This document shows, one piece after another, positions 9,762 through 18,376 of a stretch of DNA of 64,000 bases (position 1 is its first letter; each line of letters starts with the position of its first letter). Position numbers and translations under genes: made by a program. Source of the DNA: Alphaproteobacteria bacterium (lineage in GTDB: Bacteria > Pseudomonadota > Alphaproteobacteria > SHVV01); contig CBDCYR010000009.1 of NCBI GenBank assembly GCA_965224275.1, positions 413,945-477,944 of the forward strand. Direction: 5' to 3'. The notes beneath the pieces were generated by a model. That model worked only from the letters and a program-made list of their open reading frames with translations. It had not been told where the DNA came from and did not search any database.

Positions 9762-9924
9762 CTGCAAAGTCCGGTTTAGGCAGGATCTGACTAGCATCGA
9801 AATCGTCGAGCGAGCGTTTCGGTTGGGATTAGCGTTGTTTTCGGGTATATCTGCCGCGGTCTGGGTAAACATTTGTGTGTTACGAATAAACCACCCGACC
9901 CTGACGTAATGCCTCGGGGGCAGC

Positions 9925-10554
9925 ATGGCCGACGGACTGCAAAACGAAAAACTGATCCATCTTTTCACCACACCCATACTCAAGCATGTGTGGGCCGACA
10001 GCGAGGATCTCAACGAAGAACTCCGCCGTGTCATCATCAACAAAACGCGCGGCGGCAAGGGAACCACCTATAGCGCGGTCGGTGGTTGGGAATCGGGAGA
10101 CGACTTTCACCAGTGGTCGGGCGATCTCGGCCAAACCGTGGTTCAACGTGTCGCGGAGATGGTGAAACAGGCCACATCGGAGCTTTATGCCACTTTTAGC
10201 GGCCGCGAAAAAAGCACCTGGACGATTGCCATGTGGGCAAACGTCAATCGGCGCGGCAACTACAACCGGATTCACGTACAGCCCGGATCAACGTGGACCG
10301 GCGCCTATATCGTCGACACCGGACACGAAGAAAAGCACGAAACGCTGAGTGGCGTAATCGGACTTATCAATCCGAATCTATCGCAAGCCATGAGCTTTTA
10401 CCGCAACGCGGTGCCGACGCGCTACATCGTGCGGCCCGAGGCCGGTTTGATGATGATCTGGCCGAGCTATGTCGCCCAGATGGTCCATCCGCACACCGGC
10501 AAGCGGCCGCGGGTCAGCATATCCTTCAACGTGAAGAAGGATCCCTACCCCTAG
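9925..10554 (+). CDS. TIGR02466-like 2OG-Fe(II) oxygenase-fold protein (metal ligands altered)
   Basis: LFTTPI, GGWES, MWANVNRRGNYN, PEAGLMMIWPSY, RVSISFN. Confidence 0.75.
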   Translation: MADGLQNEKLIHLFTTPILKHVWADSEDLNEELRRVIINKTRGGKGTTYSAVGGWESGDDFHQWSGDLGQTVVQRVAEMVKQATSELYATFSGREKSTWTIAMWANVNRRGNYNRIHVQPGSTWTGAYIVDTGHEEKHETLSGVIGLINPNLSQAMSFYRNAVPTRYIVRPEAGLMMIWPSYVAQMVHPHTGKRPRVSISFNVKKDPYP

Positions 10555-11504
10555 TTGTGGAGTCTCATGAGGTTATTGACATCCAAGCCTGATCGGCTGA
10601 TGGGTTGATTTCCATTTATCCCGGCATGAGGTCTGTGCCAATTGTAGTGGTGTAGCCAGATGGGGAGCTCACGTGCTCTGTGCTGTGAGCTTTCATAGGC
10701 TTGAGCGTAGGCCCATTCGCGCAGAGAAGATTGGATAAAGCGCTCGGCCTTGCCGTTGGTTTTGGGTGTATAGGGTTTGGTGCGGATGTGTTTGAGCCCG
10801 AGGTTTTTGCAGGCGTCTGTGAAGGCCAATGACCTGTAGCACGATCCATTGTCGGTCATGACCCGTTCGACGGTGATATTGAAGCGCCGGTACCAAGCGA
10901 GGGCGGCCATCAAGAAGGCGACGGCGCTGTCTTTTTTCTCGTTTGGCATGATGTCTGCGAAGCCGAGGCGGGAGTGGTCGTCGATGCAGACGTGGACGTA
11001 TTCCCAGCCCCTGTTGGGTCCGGTTCTTGGGCCGGTTCGATCACCGGTTATGCGGTGCCCGACCTGGTTGAAGCGGCCGAGTTTTTTGATATCGATGTGG
11101 ATCATCTCGCCGGGCTTGGCGCGTTCGTAGCGGCGTACCGGTTGGGCGGGGTCGAGGTCGCGCCAGCGGTTGAGGTGGTGTCGGGTCAGGATCCGTCCCA
11201 CCGTGGCTTTGGAAACACCAACTTCGGCGGCGATGCGGTGATAGATGCGCCGTTGCTTGCGCAGGGCAATCACCTTCGCCTCAAGCTCACCAGGTGTTCT
11301 ATGCGGGCTGGTCATTGGCCTTGAGGAGCGGTCGACAAGCCCGCCAAAGCCTTCCGCGCGATAGCGCCGCCACCATTTGTAGACCGTACTGGTACTGGTG
11401 CCCATTGCTGTCGCCACGTCCAACGGGTGTTCGCCGCGTTCCAGTCGAGAGATTAATATCTCTCGACCCTTCGGGGTCAGGCGGGCATTCTTATGGATGT
11501 TCAT
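10551..11504 (-). CDS. IS481-family transposase
   Basis: MNIHKNARLTP, HIDIKKLG, IDDHSR, VMTDNG, TNGKAERF, HYNWHRPH; the stop codon is supplied by the CTAG target. Confidence 0.95.
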   Translation of the reverse strand: MNIHKNARLTPKGREILISRLERGEHPLDVATAMGTSTSTVYKWWRRYRAEGFGGLVDRSSRPMTSPHRTPGELEAKVIALRKQRRIYHRIAAEVGVSKATVGRILTRHHLNRWRDLDPAQPVRRYERAKPGEMIHIDIKKLGRFNQVGHRITGDRTGPRTGPNRGWEYVHVCIDDHSRLGFADIMPNEKKDSAVAFLMAALAWYRRFNITVERVMTDNGSCYRSLAFTDACKNLGLKHIRTKPYTPKTNGKAERFIQSSLREWAYAQAYESSQHRARELPIWLHHYNWHRPHAGINGNQPISRSGLDVNNLMRLHN

Positions 11505-11591
11505 TCGGTCCTCCGGCGATCAGCTTCTGTTCTTTTCAAACATCAGCTTCTCAAAGCGGGGCCGAATGAACAACCTACTGAGACACCACAA
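10555..11591 (-). mobile_element. IS481-family insertion sequence
   Basis: Ends TTGTGGAGTCTCA.. / ..TGAGACACCACAA; CTAG on both flanks (10551-10554, 11592-11595); contains a DDE transposase. Confidence 0.93.
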
Positions 11592-11634
11592 CTAGTGGAC
11601 GGAATCCACGAGCGGCAAGACGTTCCTGATGGGA

Positions 11635-12255
11635 TTACCCGATCAGACGGCGCACGCGTTTTCGCAGGTAGGTCAGCGTTTCGTGCTCGAACCAGGGATT
11701 GACCGTTAACCAGCGATTGTTGTGCCACGACGGGTGCGGCACCGGGACGACGGCCGGCGCATAGTCACGCCACGCGCGAACGGTTTCGCTAAGTGTTTTC
11801 TTGTTGCGCTCCCCGAGATGGAATTTTTGCGCATAACGGCCGGCGGCAACGATCAGGTTGACGTTCGGGAGCTGTGCCAACAACCGGTCGTGCCAAGTGA
11901 GCGCGCATTCCGGACGCGGCGGCAGATCACCGCCGGCGGCTTTGCCGGGATAGCAGAAGCCCTGCGGCACGATCGCAACCCGGCTGTCGTCGTAAAACAC
12001 GTCGCGATCAAGATCGAGCCATTCGCGCAATCGATCGCCGCTGGCATCGTCCCATGGCACACCACTCTCGTGCACCCGTGTGCCGGGCGCCTGGCCTGCG
12101 ATCAACACCCGCGCACTGGCTGTTGCCACGACGACCGGGCGCGGTCCCAGCGGCAAGTGTTCCTCACAGATGCGGCAGGCACGAATCTCGGTTAGCAAGG
12201 CCGCCAGCGGGTCTGTTGTCGGTGTTAACCGTGTTGCTCCGGATTTAGGTGCCAC
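11635..12255 (-). CDS. Uracil-DNA glycosylase family protein
   Basis: ACRIC, GQAPGTRVH, GFCYPG, PPRPEC, PHPSW. Confidence 0.88.
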   Translation of the reverse strand: MAPKSGATRLTPTTDPLAALLTEIRACRICEEHLPLGPRPVVVATASARVLIAGQAPGTRVHESGVPWDDASGDRLREWLDLDRDVFYDDSRVAIVPQGFCYPGKAAGGDLPPRPECALTWHDRLLAQLPNVNLIVAAGRYAQKFHLGERNKKTLSETVRAWRDYAPAVVPVPHPSWHNNRWLTVNPWFEHETLTYLRKRVRRLIG

Positions 12256-12365
12256 GAATAACCCTCACGCTTGCAGTCATCTTGATCGGCTAGAAGCGAC
12301 GGCCTAACGTGCCCGGCGCAAGATCAAACCGCCGATAGCTTAGCCATTTTGGAAATACCGACGTT

Positions 12366-13214
12366 ATGAAGTTTTCGAGTACCGATACCTATATTGCAAC
12401 CGAGGAGTTGATGGTTGCCGTCAACGCGGCGATTACGCTGCGGCGGCCGCTGCTGGTTAAAGGTGAGCCCGGCACGGGCAAGACGATGTTGGCGGTTGAG
12501 GTAGCCAATTCGGTCGGTGCGCCGCTGCTCGAGTGGCACATCAAGTCAACCACCAAAGCGCAACACGGCCTCTACGAGTATGACGCCGTATCGCGGCTGC
12601 GCGATTCACAGCTGGGCGACGAACGCGTCGCCGACATTCGCAATTACATCAAGCGCGGGATGCTGTGGGAGGCGTTTGACAGCGCCGAGGTGCCGGTACT
12701 GCTGATCGATGAAATCGACAAAGCCGATATCGAGTTTCCCAACGACCTGCTGCGCGAGCTCGATCGTATGGAGTTTTATATTTACGAGACCAAGGAAACC
12801 ATACGCGCCACCCAGCGGCCGATCGTGATCATCACGTCAAACAACGAGAAGGAGCTGCCCGACGCTTTCCTGCGGCGCTGCTTCTTCCACTACATTCGTT
12901 TTCCCGAGCGCGACACCATGGCGGAGATCATCGACGTTCATTTTCCCGATCTACAAGGCAAGTTGGTCAACGAAGCCCTCAATCTTTTTTACGAGATTCG
13001 CGACGTGCCCGGGATGAAGAAAAAGCCGTCGACCTCGGAGCTGCTCGATTGGCTCAAGCTTCTGATGGTCGACGATATCCCGCCTGAAGCGCTGCGATCG
13101 AAAGACATGAAGACGTTGATCCCACCGCTGCACGGCGCCCTGTTGAAGAACGAACACGACGTTCATTTATTCGAGCGTTTGGCGTTCCTCAATCGCGGCG
13201 AAGGGCGCAACTGA
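12366..13214 (+). CDS. MoxR-family AAA+ ATPase
   Basis: Walker A GEPGTGKT, Walker B LLIDEIDKAD, TSNNEKELPDAFLRRC. Confidence 0.93.
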   Translation: MKFSSTDTYIATEELMVAVNAAITLRRPLLVKGEPGTGKTMLAVEVANSVGAPLLEWHIKSTTKAQHGLYEYDAVSRLRDSQLGDERVADIRNYIKRGMLWEAFDSAEVPVLLIDEIDKADIEFPNDLLRELDRMEFYIYETKETIRATQRPIVIITSNNEKELPDAFLRRCFFHYIRFPERDTMAEIIDVHFPDLQGKLVNEALNLFYEIRDVPGMKKKPSTSELLDWLKLLMVDDIPPEALRSKDMKTLIPPLHGALLKNEHDVHLFERLAFLNRGEGRN

Positions 13215-13226
13215 GGCAAGCAGGCG

Positions 13227-14405
13227 ATGTTCTTCAATCTCTTTACCGAGCTGCGCAAGGCCAAGGTGCCGGTGAGCCTCAAAGAATATCTCGCGCTGAT
13301 GGAGGCGATGGATGCCAAGATCGGCGCCTACAATGTCGACAATTTCTACTACCTCAGCCGCGCCGTATTGGTGAAAGACGAGCGCAATCTCGACAAGTTC
13401 GACCGGGTGTTCGGCCACGTGTTCAAAGGGCTGGAATCCAGCGTCGACGAAATTGAAGTCGAAATTCCCGAGGCGTGGCTGGAGAAATTGATGGACCGCT
13501 ATCTCACGGCAGAGGAGAAAGCGGAGGTCGAAGCGCTTGGCGGCTGGGAAAAACTGATGGAGACGTTGCGCGAACGATTGGCCGAGCAAGACGATCGCCA
13601 CCAAGGCGGTAGCAAATGGATCGGGACCAGCGGCACCTCGCCATTCGGTGCCTATGGCTATAATCCCGAAGGAGTCCGGATTGGCCAGAACGGCAATGCG
13701 AACTTTCGCGCGGTCAAGGTGTGGGATCGTCGTGAGTTCAAGAACCTTGATGATTCGATTGTCATTGGCACCCGCAATATTAAGATGGCGCTACGGAAAA
13801 TCCGGCAGTTCGCCCGCGACGGCGCCGATCTCGAGTTGGATCTGCCCGATACCGTCCGCTCGACCGCCGATAATGGCGGCTACCTCGATATCAAGATGGT
13901 GCCGGAACGCCACAATGCGGTGAAGGTGCTTCTGTTGCTCGATATCGGCGGATCAATGACGGTGCATACGCGTACCTGTGAGGAGCTCTTCTCTGCCGCG
14001 CACACCGAGTTCAAGCACCTCGAATATTTCTACTTCCACAATTGCCCGTATGAGGAGGTGTGGCGGGAAAACCGGCGGCGACGCAGCGGCACACTGGATA
14101 CGACCGACCTGCTCAACACCTATGGATCCGACTACAAGCTGATCCTGGTGGGCGATGCGACGATGAGCCCCTATGAGATCACCGTGCCCGGCGGCAGCGT
14201 CGAACATTGGAACGCCGAAGCCGGCGCGGTGTGGATGCAGCGCCTGCTCGATACCTACCCACATGCGGTTTGGCTCAATCCCACCGACGAACGCTATTGG
14301 CAGGCGACGCCATCGATCCAGGTGGTGCGCCAGCTGATGGCCGATCGCATGTATCCCCTCACACTCGATGGCCTTGAGCGCGCAACGCGCGAGCTGCGGC
14401 GCTAA
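13227..14405 (+). CDS. VWA-domain (CoxE-like) partner of MoxR
   Basis: GGSKWIGTSGTSPFGAYG, LLLDIGGSM MIDAS-like motif, VGDATMSPYEI; cotranscribed with moxR. Confidence 0.9.
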   Translation: MFFNLFTELRKAKVPVSLKEYLALMEAMDAKIGAYNVDNFYYLSRAVLVKDERNLDKFDRVFGHVFKGLESSVDEIEVEIPEAWLEKLMDRYLTAEEKAEVEALGGWEKLMETLRERLAEQDDRHQGGSKWIGTSGTSPFGAYGYNPEGVRIGQNGNANFRAVKVWDRREFKNLDDSIVIGTRNIKMALRKIRQFARDGADLELDLPDTVRSTADNGGYLDIKMVPERHNAVKVLLLLDIGGSMTVHTRTCEELFSAAHTEFKHLEYFYFHNCPYEEVWRENRRRRSGTLDTTDLLNTYGSDYKLILVGDATMSPYEITVPGGSVEHWNAEAGAVWMQRLLDTYPHAVWLNPTDERYWQATPSIQVVRQLMADRMYPLTLDGLERATRELRR

Positions 14406-14421
14406 CCGATCCGACAAAGAC

Positions 14422-15348
14422 ATGGCCGGCTCCCACTTCTTCGCCCAAGGATGCGCCTTCGTCGACAACGTGTTTGTTCCGGCCGAAGCAGCGCGGCTGC
14501 CGATTTTCGATTGGGGATTCCTACACGGCGACGCGACCTATGATGTCGTGCATGTGTGGAACGGCGCCTTCTTTCGGTACGAGGATCATCTCGATCGATT
14601 TTTTCGGAGTTGCCAAGCGCTTCACCTGAAGCCGCCGATCGATCGTGAGCGGATTACCCATGTGCTGGCCGAATGCGTCAGCCGCAGCGATCTTAAAGAT
14701 GCTTATGTCGAGATGATCTGCACCCGCGGTATCCCCAAGCGTGGCAGCCGCGACCCGCGAGATTGCGCAAACCGTTTTTATGCCTTTGCGGTTCCCTTCG
14801 TGTGGGTCGCCAACGAAGAACAGCGGACCCGCGGACTCAAGCTGATCGTGAGTTCAGTGCAGCGGATTGCACCGGAATCGGTCGACCCCGTCGTCAAGAA
14901 CTACCATTGGCTCGATTTCACGCGCGGCTTGTTTGAGGCGTATGACCGAGGTGGCGAGACTGTGGCGCTGGTCGACCGCGAAGGCAACGTATCGGAAGGG
15001 CCCGGTTTCAATATTTTTGCAATCCGCGACGGCGCCATCCTGACACCCGGGCACGGCACCCTCGAAGGCATCACCCGCAAGACGGTGATCGAGCTGTGCG
15101 ATGAGATCGACATCGCGTGCCGCGGCGACACGGTTAGCGCCGATACGCTGCGAGGTGCCAACGAGGTTTTCATCTCGTCAACGGCGGGCGGGATTATGCC
15201 GGTGACGGAAGTGGATGGTGCGCCGATCGGCGACGGTAAACCGGGCCCAATCACCAACCGGTTGCGCGATCTCTACTGGTCCAAGAAAGAAGCGGGCTGG
15301 CACGCGACCCCGGTTGAGTACCGTCACGTGCCGCAAGCGTCGGGTTAG
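14422..15348 (+). CDS. Fold-type IV PLP aminotransferase, (R)-selective amine transaminase-like
   Basis: GFLHGDATYDVVHVW, AYVEMICTRG, KNYHWLDF, EGPGFN, LEGITR, STAGG; start MAGSH at 14422. Confidence 0.85.
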   Translation: MAGSHFFAQGCAFVDNVFVPAEAARLPIFDWGFLHGDATYDVVHVWNGAFFRYEDHLDRFFRSCQALHLKPPIDRERITHVLAECVSRSDLKDAYVEMICTRGIPKRGSRDPRDCANRFYAFAVPFVWVANEEQRTRGLKLIVSSVQRIAPESVDPVVKNYHWLDFTRGLFEAYDRGGETVALVDREGNVSEGPGFNIFAIRDGAILTPGHGTLEGITRKTVIELCDEIDIACRGDTVSADTLRGANEVFISSTAGGIMPVTEVDGAPIGDGKPGPITNRLRDLYWSKKEAGWHATPVEYRHVPQASG

Positions 15349-15455
15349 CGACCAAAGTAACACCTAACACCGTCCCATTATTGCCCACCGTGACCTAACG
15401 CCAGTCACATTGGCCGCATTGCCAGCTTGAAGGCTCGATCCTGGAGCCAATAGGA

Positions 15456-16895
15456 TTAGAAGTTGCCATAAGGCAGGGAGGGAGGCGCCACCTCATCGGC
15501 GCTGCGTCCAGCCCAGTCCAACCCCGGGATATTGGCCAGCGCGCGTTGCTGCGCGGCGTCGAGGGCTTCGGCGGCAGCCGCATAGTCGATCGTTTGGACG
15601 CGGCCGTCGGCGACGACCTGGTCGCCGTCGACAAAGACGTCGCGGATAGCCCGATCGGCAGCCGAGTAGACCAGCGAACGCAGCGGGTCGCGGGTCGGGC
15701 GCATCATCGGATGGGTGACGTCGATCAACACCAGATCGGCCTTGGCACCAACCACGAGCCGCCCAAGATCGTCACGACCCAGTGCCTGCGCGCCGCCGGT
15801 GGTCGCTGCAGCGAATATATCCGAGGCATAGGTCTCCCACGGGTTTTCCGCGACCACGCGCGCGACATAGGCAGCCAGACGCATTTCGTCGACCATGTTG
15901 TGGGGATAGACATCGGTGCCGATCCCCATGCTGACGCCGGCCTGGCGGTAACTGCCGAAATCGCGGAGCGAAATGCCGCGCCGGGCAAACACGGTTGGAC
16001 AATGGGCGACGCTGGTGCCGGTTTCGGCGAGGCGCGTGAGATCGCCGGTTTTAGGCCAGCGCGTCCAGGGGTGGTGATCGAGAAAGATTCCATGGCCGAT
16101 GATGGTGTGATCACCGAGCAGATCGAGTTGATCGAGCCATTGAATCGGCGTTGTGCCATGACGGCGGGTCATCTCGTGGAACTCGGCCAGGCTTTGCCCG
16201 GCGTGGATGTGGATGCGGATACCGCGCTCGTTGGCGGCGGCGAGGCTGTCGCGAAGCAGCGCTTCGGAGCAGGTGTCGACCTGCGACGGGCTGAGCATGC
16301 CGAACAGGCGGCCGCATTCATGCTGCTCGGCGCGGGCTACCAGGCCGAGGGCGGTTTCCAAGCCCTGCCTACCAGCAGCCTCGTCCCACTCATATTCGAC
16401 GGCATGGCCATTGCGCGTAAACCAACGGGCCGAGCGGTACATCGGGGCGATGCAGGCGCGAATGCCGCTTTCGGCAAGCAGATCGAGCCACGTCTCGCTG
16501 GGCACGGAAAGATCACAAATCGTCGTGACACCGCTGAGCAGTAGTTCGCTCAGGGCGACCCGATAACAGGCCGGCGTGCCCTCGGCATCGGGACCAAGGA
16601 TCGGCAAGTGCTCGTAGAGCGAGGTGTTGTAAAGGTGGGGACTGCCGATCTCGTCCCACATTCCCTTGTTCATCGGCTCCGAGAAGGGATGACAGTGAAG
16701 GTTGACCAGGCCGGGCATGACGAGGAGCCCGGCACCGTCGATTTCACGCTCAGCAGTACCGACGAAGTCGCGCCCGACATGGACAATTTGGTTGCCGGTG
16801 AAGGCGATGTCGGCGTTGGTCAGGTAGACGTGATGGCGCTCGATAGTATTCCAAGCGATGGCGTAATCGGCGTTGCGGATGAGCGTGGTCGTCAT
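15456..16895 (-). CDS. Amidohydrolase (MTA/SAH deaminase / AtzA-like)
   Basis: PGLVNLHCH, HIHAGQS, IGHG, GIGTD, GAKADLV. Confidence 0.88.
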   Translation of the reverse strand: MTTTLIRNADYAIAWNTIERHHVYLTNADIAFTGNQIVHVGRDFVGTAEREIDGAGLLVMPGLVNLHCHPFSEPMNKGMWDEIGSPHLYNTSLYEHLPILGPDAEGTPACYRVALSELLLSGVTTICDLSVPSETWLDLLAESGIRACIAPMYRSARWFTRNGHAVEYEWDEAAGRQGLETALGLVARAEQHECGRLFGMLSPSQVDTCSEALLRDSLAAANERGIRIHIHAGQSLAEFHEMTRRHGTTPIQWLDQLDLLGDHTIIGHGIFLDHHPWTRWPKTGDLTRLAETGTSVAHCPTVFARRGISLRDFGSYRQAGVSMGIGTDVYPHNMVDEMRLAAYVARVVAENPWETYASDIFAAATTGGAQALGRDDLGRLVVGAKADLVLIDVTHPMMRPTRDPLRSLVYSAADRAIRDVFVDGDQVVADGRVQTIDYAAAAEALDAAQQRALANIPGLDWAGRSADEVAPPSLPYGNF

Positions 16896-17183
16896 AGTGC
16901 CTCGCGCGGATCGGGTCGGTTCGCGCGCATTCTACGCATTTTGCGTTGAATCGGATGGCCCTTCCAACTCAAGTACATCGCTCGCGCAGCCCTCGGTTAT
17001 CGATCTCGGATCAGCGCCAGGGTGGTGAAAACGCGGTCAAACGGCTGCGCGCTTTGTTGACACGCAACGGTAGACGATACCCTCAGGCTGGACCCAGATA
17101 TCTGTACCAATGACGCAGTCGGCGCCTCTAGGCAGCGCGGGAGGAAGACTGTTCAGCGCTTCCTCGCAATTTCGATGGAAGTG

Positions 17184-17345
17184 CTAATCACGCTTCTTAG
17201 TCGACGAGCTCCGGCGGCTGTCGCCACTGTTCGCTTTCTTACACTTAGCCTCTTGTTTGTGCGGCTTCGACAGCGTATCCAGCAACTTCTTTACCATCGC
17301 CTGGAACTTGAGGTCTTTTTTTGGATCGCTCAACTTAGCGTTCAC
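17184..17345 (-). CDS. Small basic peptide (53 aa), not in ORF track
   Basis: GTG-start MNAKLSDPKKDLKFQAMVKKLLDTLSKPHKQEAK...; resembles the short F..(V/L)K.LL.TP.KPHK peptides I associate with IS1595-type elements. Confidence 0.45.
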   Translation of the reverse strand: MNAKLSDPKKDLKFQAMVKKLLDTLSKPHKQEAKCKKANSGDSRRSSSTKKRD

Positions 17346-17466
17346 TTCCACCACCACACCATATTTTGTGCCTTGTAATATTCAGATATCAAAATATAGA
17401 CAAAGAGAAATAAAGACTCGATCTTCCCAAATAGATGAAAATAATACGGCAAACTATACAAATTGA

Positions 17467-17937
17467 ATGGGTCTGGCCGTGGTTACTAAAACACGCGCAC
17501 ATCTACCGCATGCCTTTGCACATGATCCTGCCAATGTTTGGGAAGAGCAGCTCCACGACATATGGATTGGGGCCACTGAGCGTGCGCGAGTGGGCCGCAT
17601 CCCGAACCTGCTGGCAAAGGCGATCGGCGCTAGAACCACCATCGTCTATTTAAGTAAAACTAACGCCGCGAAAATTCGGGGCAAGCATAGCGTCATTAAG
17701 TTTCCGGAACTCCGTGCGCTCGCTACGGCATTCCAAGAAGAGGCTGTTGCACGAGAGGGTCAGCTACACCTTGCTTTTTGGTTTCAAAGCCCCGTTTACA
17801 AAACCCGTACAATCAAATCCGTAATTAAGGCGACCAGCGACGGAACCGAAATCTACCTCAAGACTATGCATGTTATCGCCAGGCATCGCCTGAAAGCTCT
17901 TAGAGCAAAGACGATGGTGCTTCGGGAGAAGAGGTAA
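17467..17937 (+). CDS. Hypothetical protein, PBECR2/MuF C-terminal BECR-fold nuclease-like
   Basis: Pattern VG.IP..LA.AIGA.T..VYLS..N..KI..KH ... KSVIKAT.DG.EIYL.T.H; basic protein; AT-rich upstream promoter region. Confidence 0.55.
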   Translation: MGLAVVTKTRAHLPHAFAHDPANVWEEQLHDIWIGATERARVGRIPNLLAKAIGARTTIVYLSKTNAAKIRGKHSVIKFPELRALATAFQEEAVAREGQLHLAFWFQSPVYKTRTIKSVIKATSDGTEIYLKTMHVIARHRLKALRAKTMVLREKR

Positions 17938-17943
17938 ACGCGC

Positions 17944-17971
17944 GAGAGGGCGCCAGTTTCGGCGCCCTCTC
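17944..17971 (+). other. Perfect 11-bp GC-rich hairpin directly after the stop codon
   Basis: GAGAGGGCGCC-AGTTTC-GGCGCCCTCTC; no U-tract follows. Confidence 0.8.
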
Positions 17972-17973
17972 TA

Positions 17974-18058
17974 ATGTGGTGTGGGGCTCGCTACCCTCCA
18001 CAAATCCCCGCCTCCGAAAAGCGGGTCACGGCCGCGAGATTCACCGTGTCAACCACAT
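17974..18058 (+). ncRNA. Candidate structured ncRNA (four-way junction with kissing loops)
   Basis: P1 ATGTGGT/ACCACAT, P2 GTGGGG/CTCCAC, P3 CCCGC/GCGGG, P4 CACGG/CCGTG; loop CTCGC (17987-17991) is complementary to loop GCGAG (18034-18038). Confidence 0.6.
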
Positions 18059-18376
18059 CCGCACGCTGGCCTGTTTGATGTTGCGAAACAAGCAGCGATT
18101 TTCTCTTTCCACAGAGTTGTCCCAAAGAAAAGACTAACGCTCCACATATCCCCGCAATCCACGGCTTCTCAGGGTGGGGATAAAAGAAGCACCGACCTGT
18201 TACGCATTTATCTCATAAGATAATATATTATCCTTTTTTTTAATTTCACACTAGGTAATTAATTATCTGGACGAGCATGTATCGCGTATCTCTAATCCGG
18301 CCCGGCTCGCCCGGGGGAGGCGGGTATGTTGCGTATCGGCATCGATTCAAGGCAGAAATGCGGAAAAATGAGATGG

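Larger units (their letters stand above)
17096..18266. mobile_element. Putative degenerate non-autonomous element (IS1595-like) / AT-rich cassette
   Basis: Marked drop in GC; ends AGATATCTGTACC.. and (reverse complement) ATAATTAATTACC.. with TACC at the same offset; flanks CTGGACCC / CTGGACGA resemble a decayed 8-bp duplication; no transposase. Confidence 0.4.

Noticed and set aside
16983-17051. CGCGCAGCC / GGCTGCGCG inverted pair upstream of the amidohydrolase as a riboswitch
   Set aside because: A 9-bp GC-rich match is expected by chance here, and no known riboswitch consensus is visible.
17981-18223. 80-aa ORF as a protein immunity gene for the putative toxin
   Set aside because: GTG start without an RBS, buried in the predicted RNA helix P2, and the translation is not protein-like; not fully excluded without Ribo-seq.
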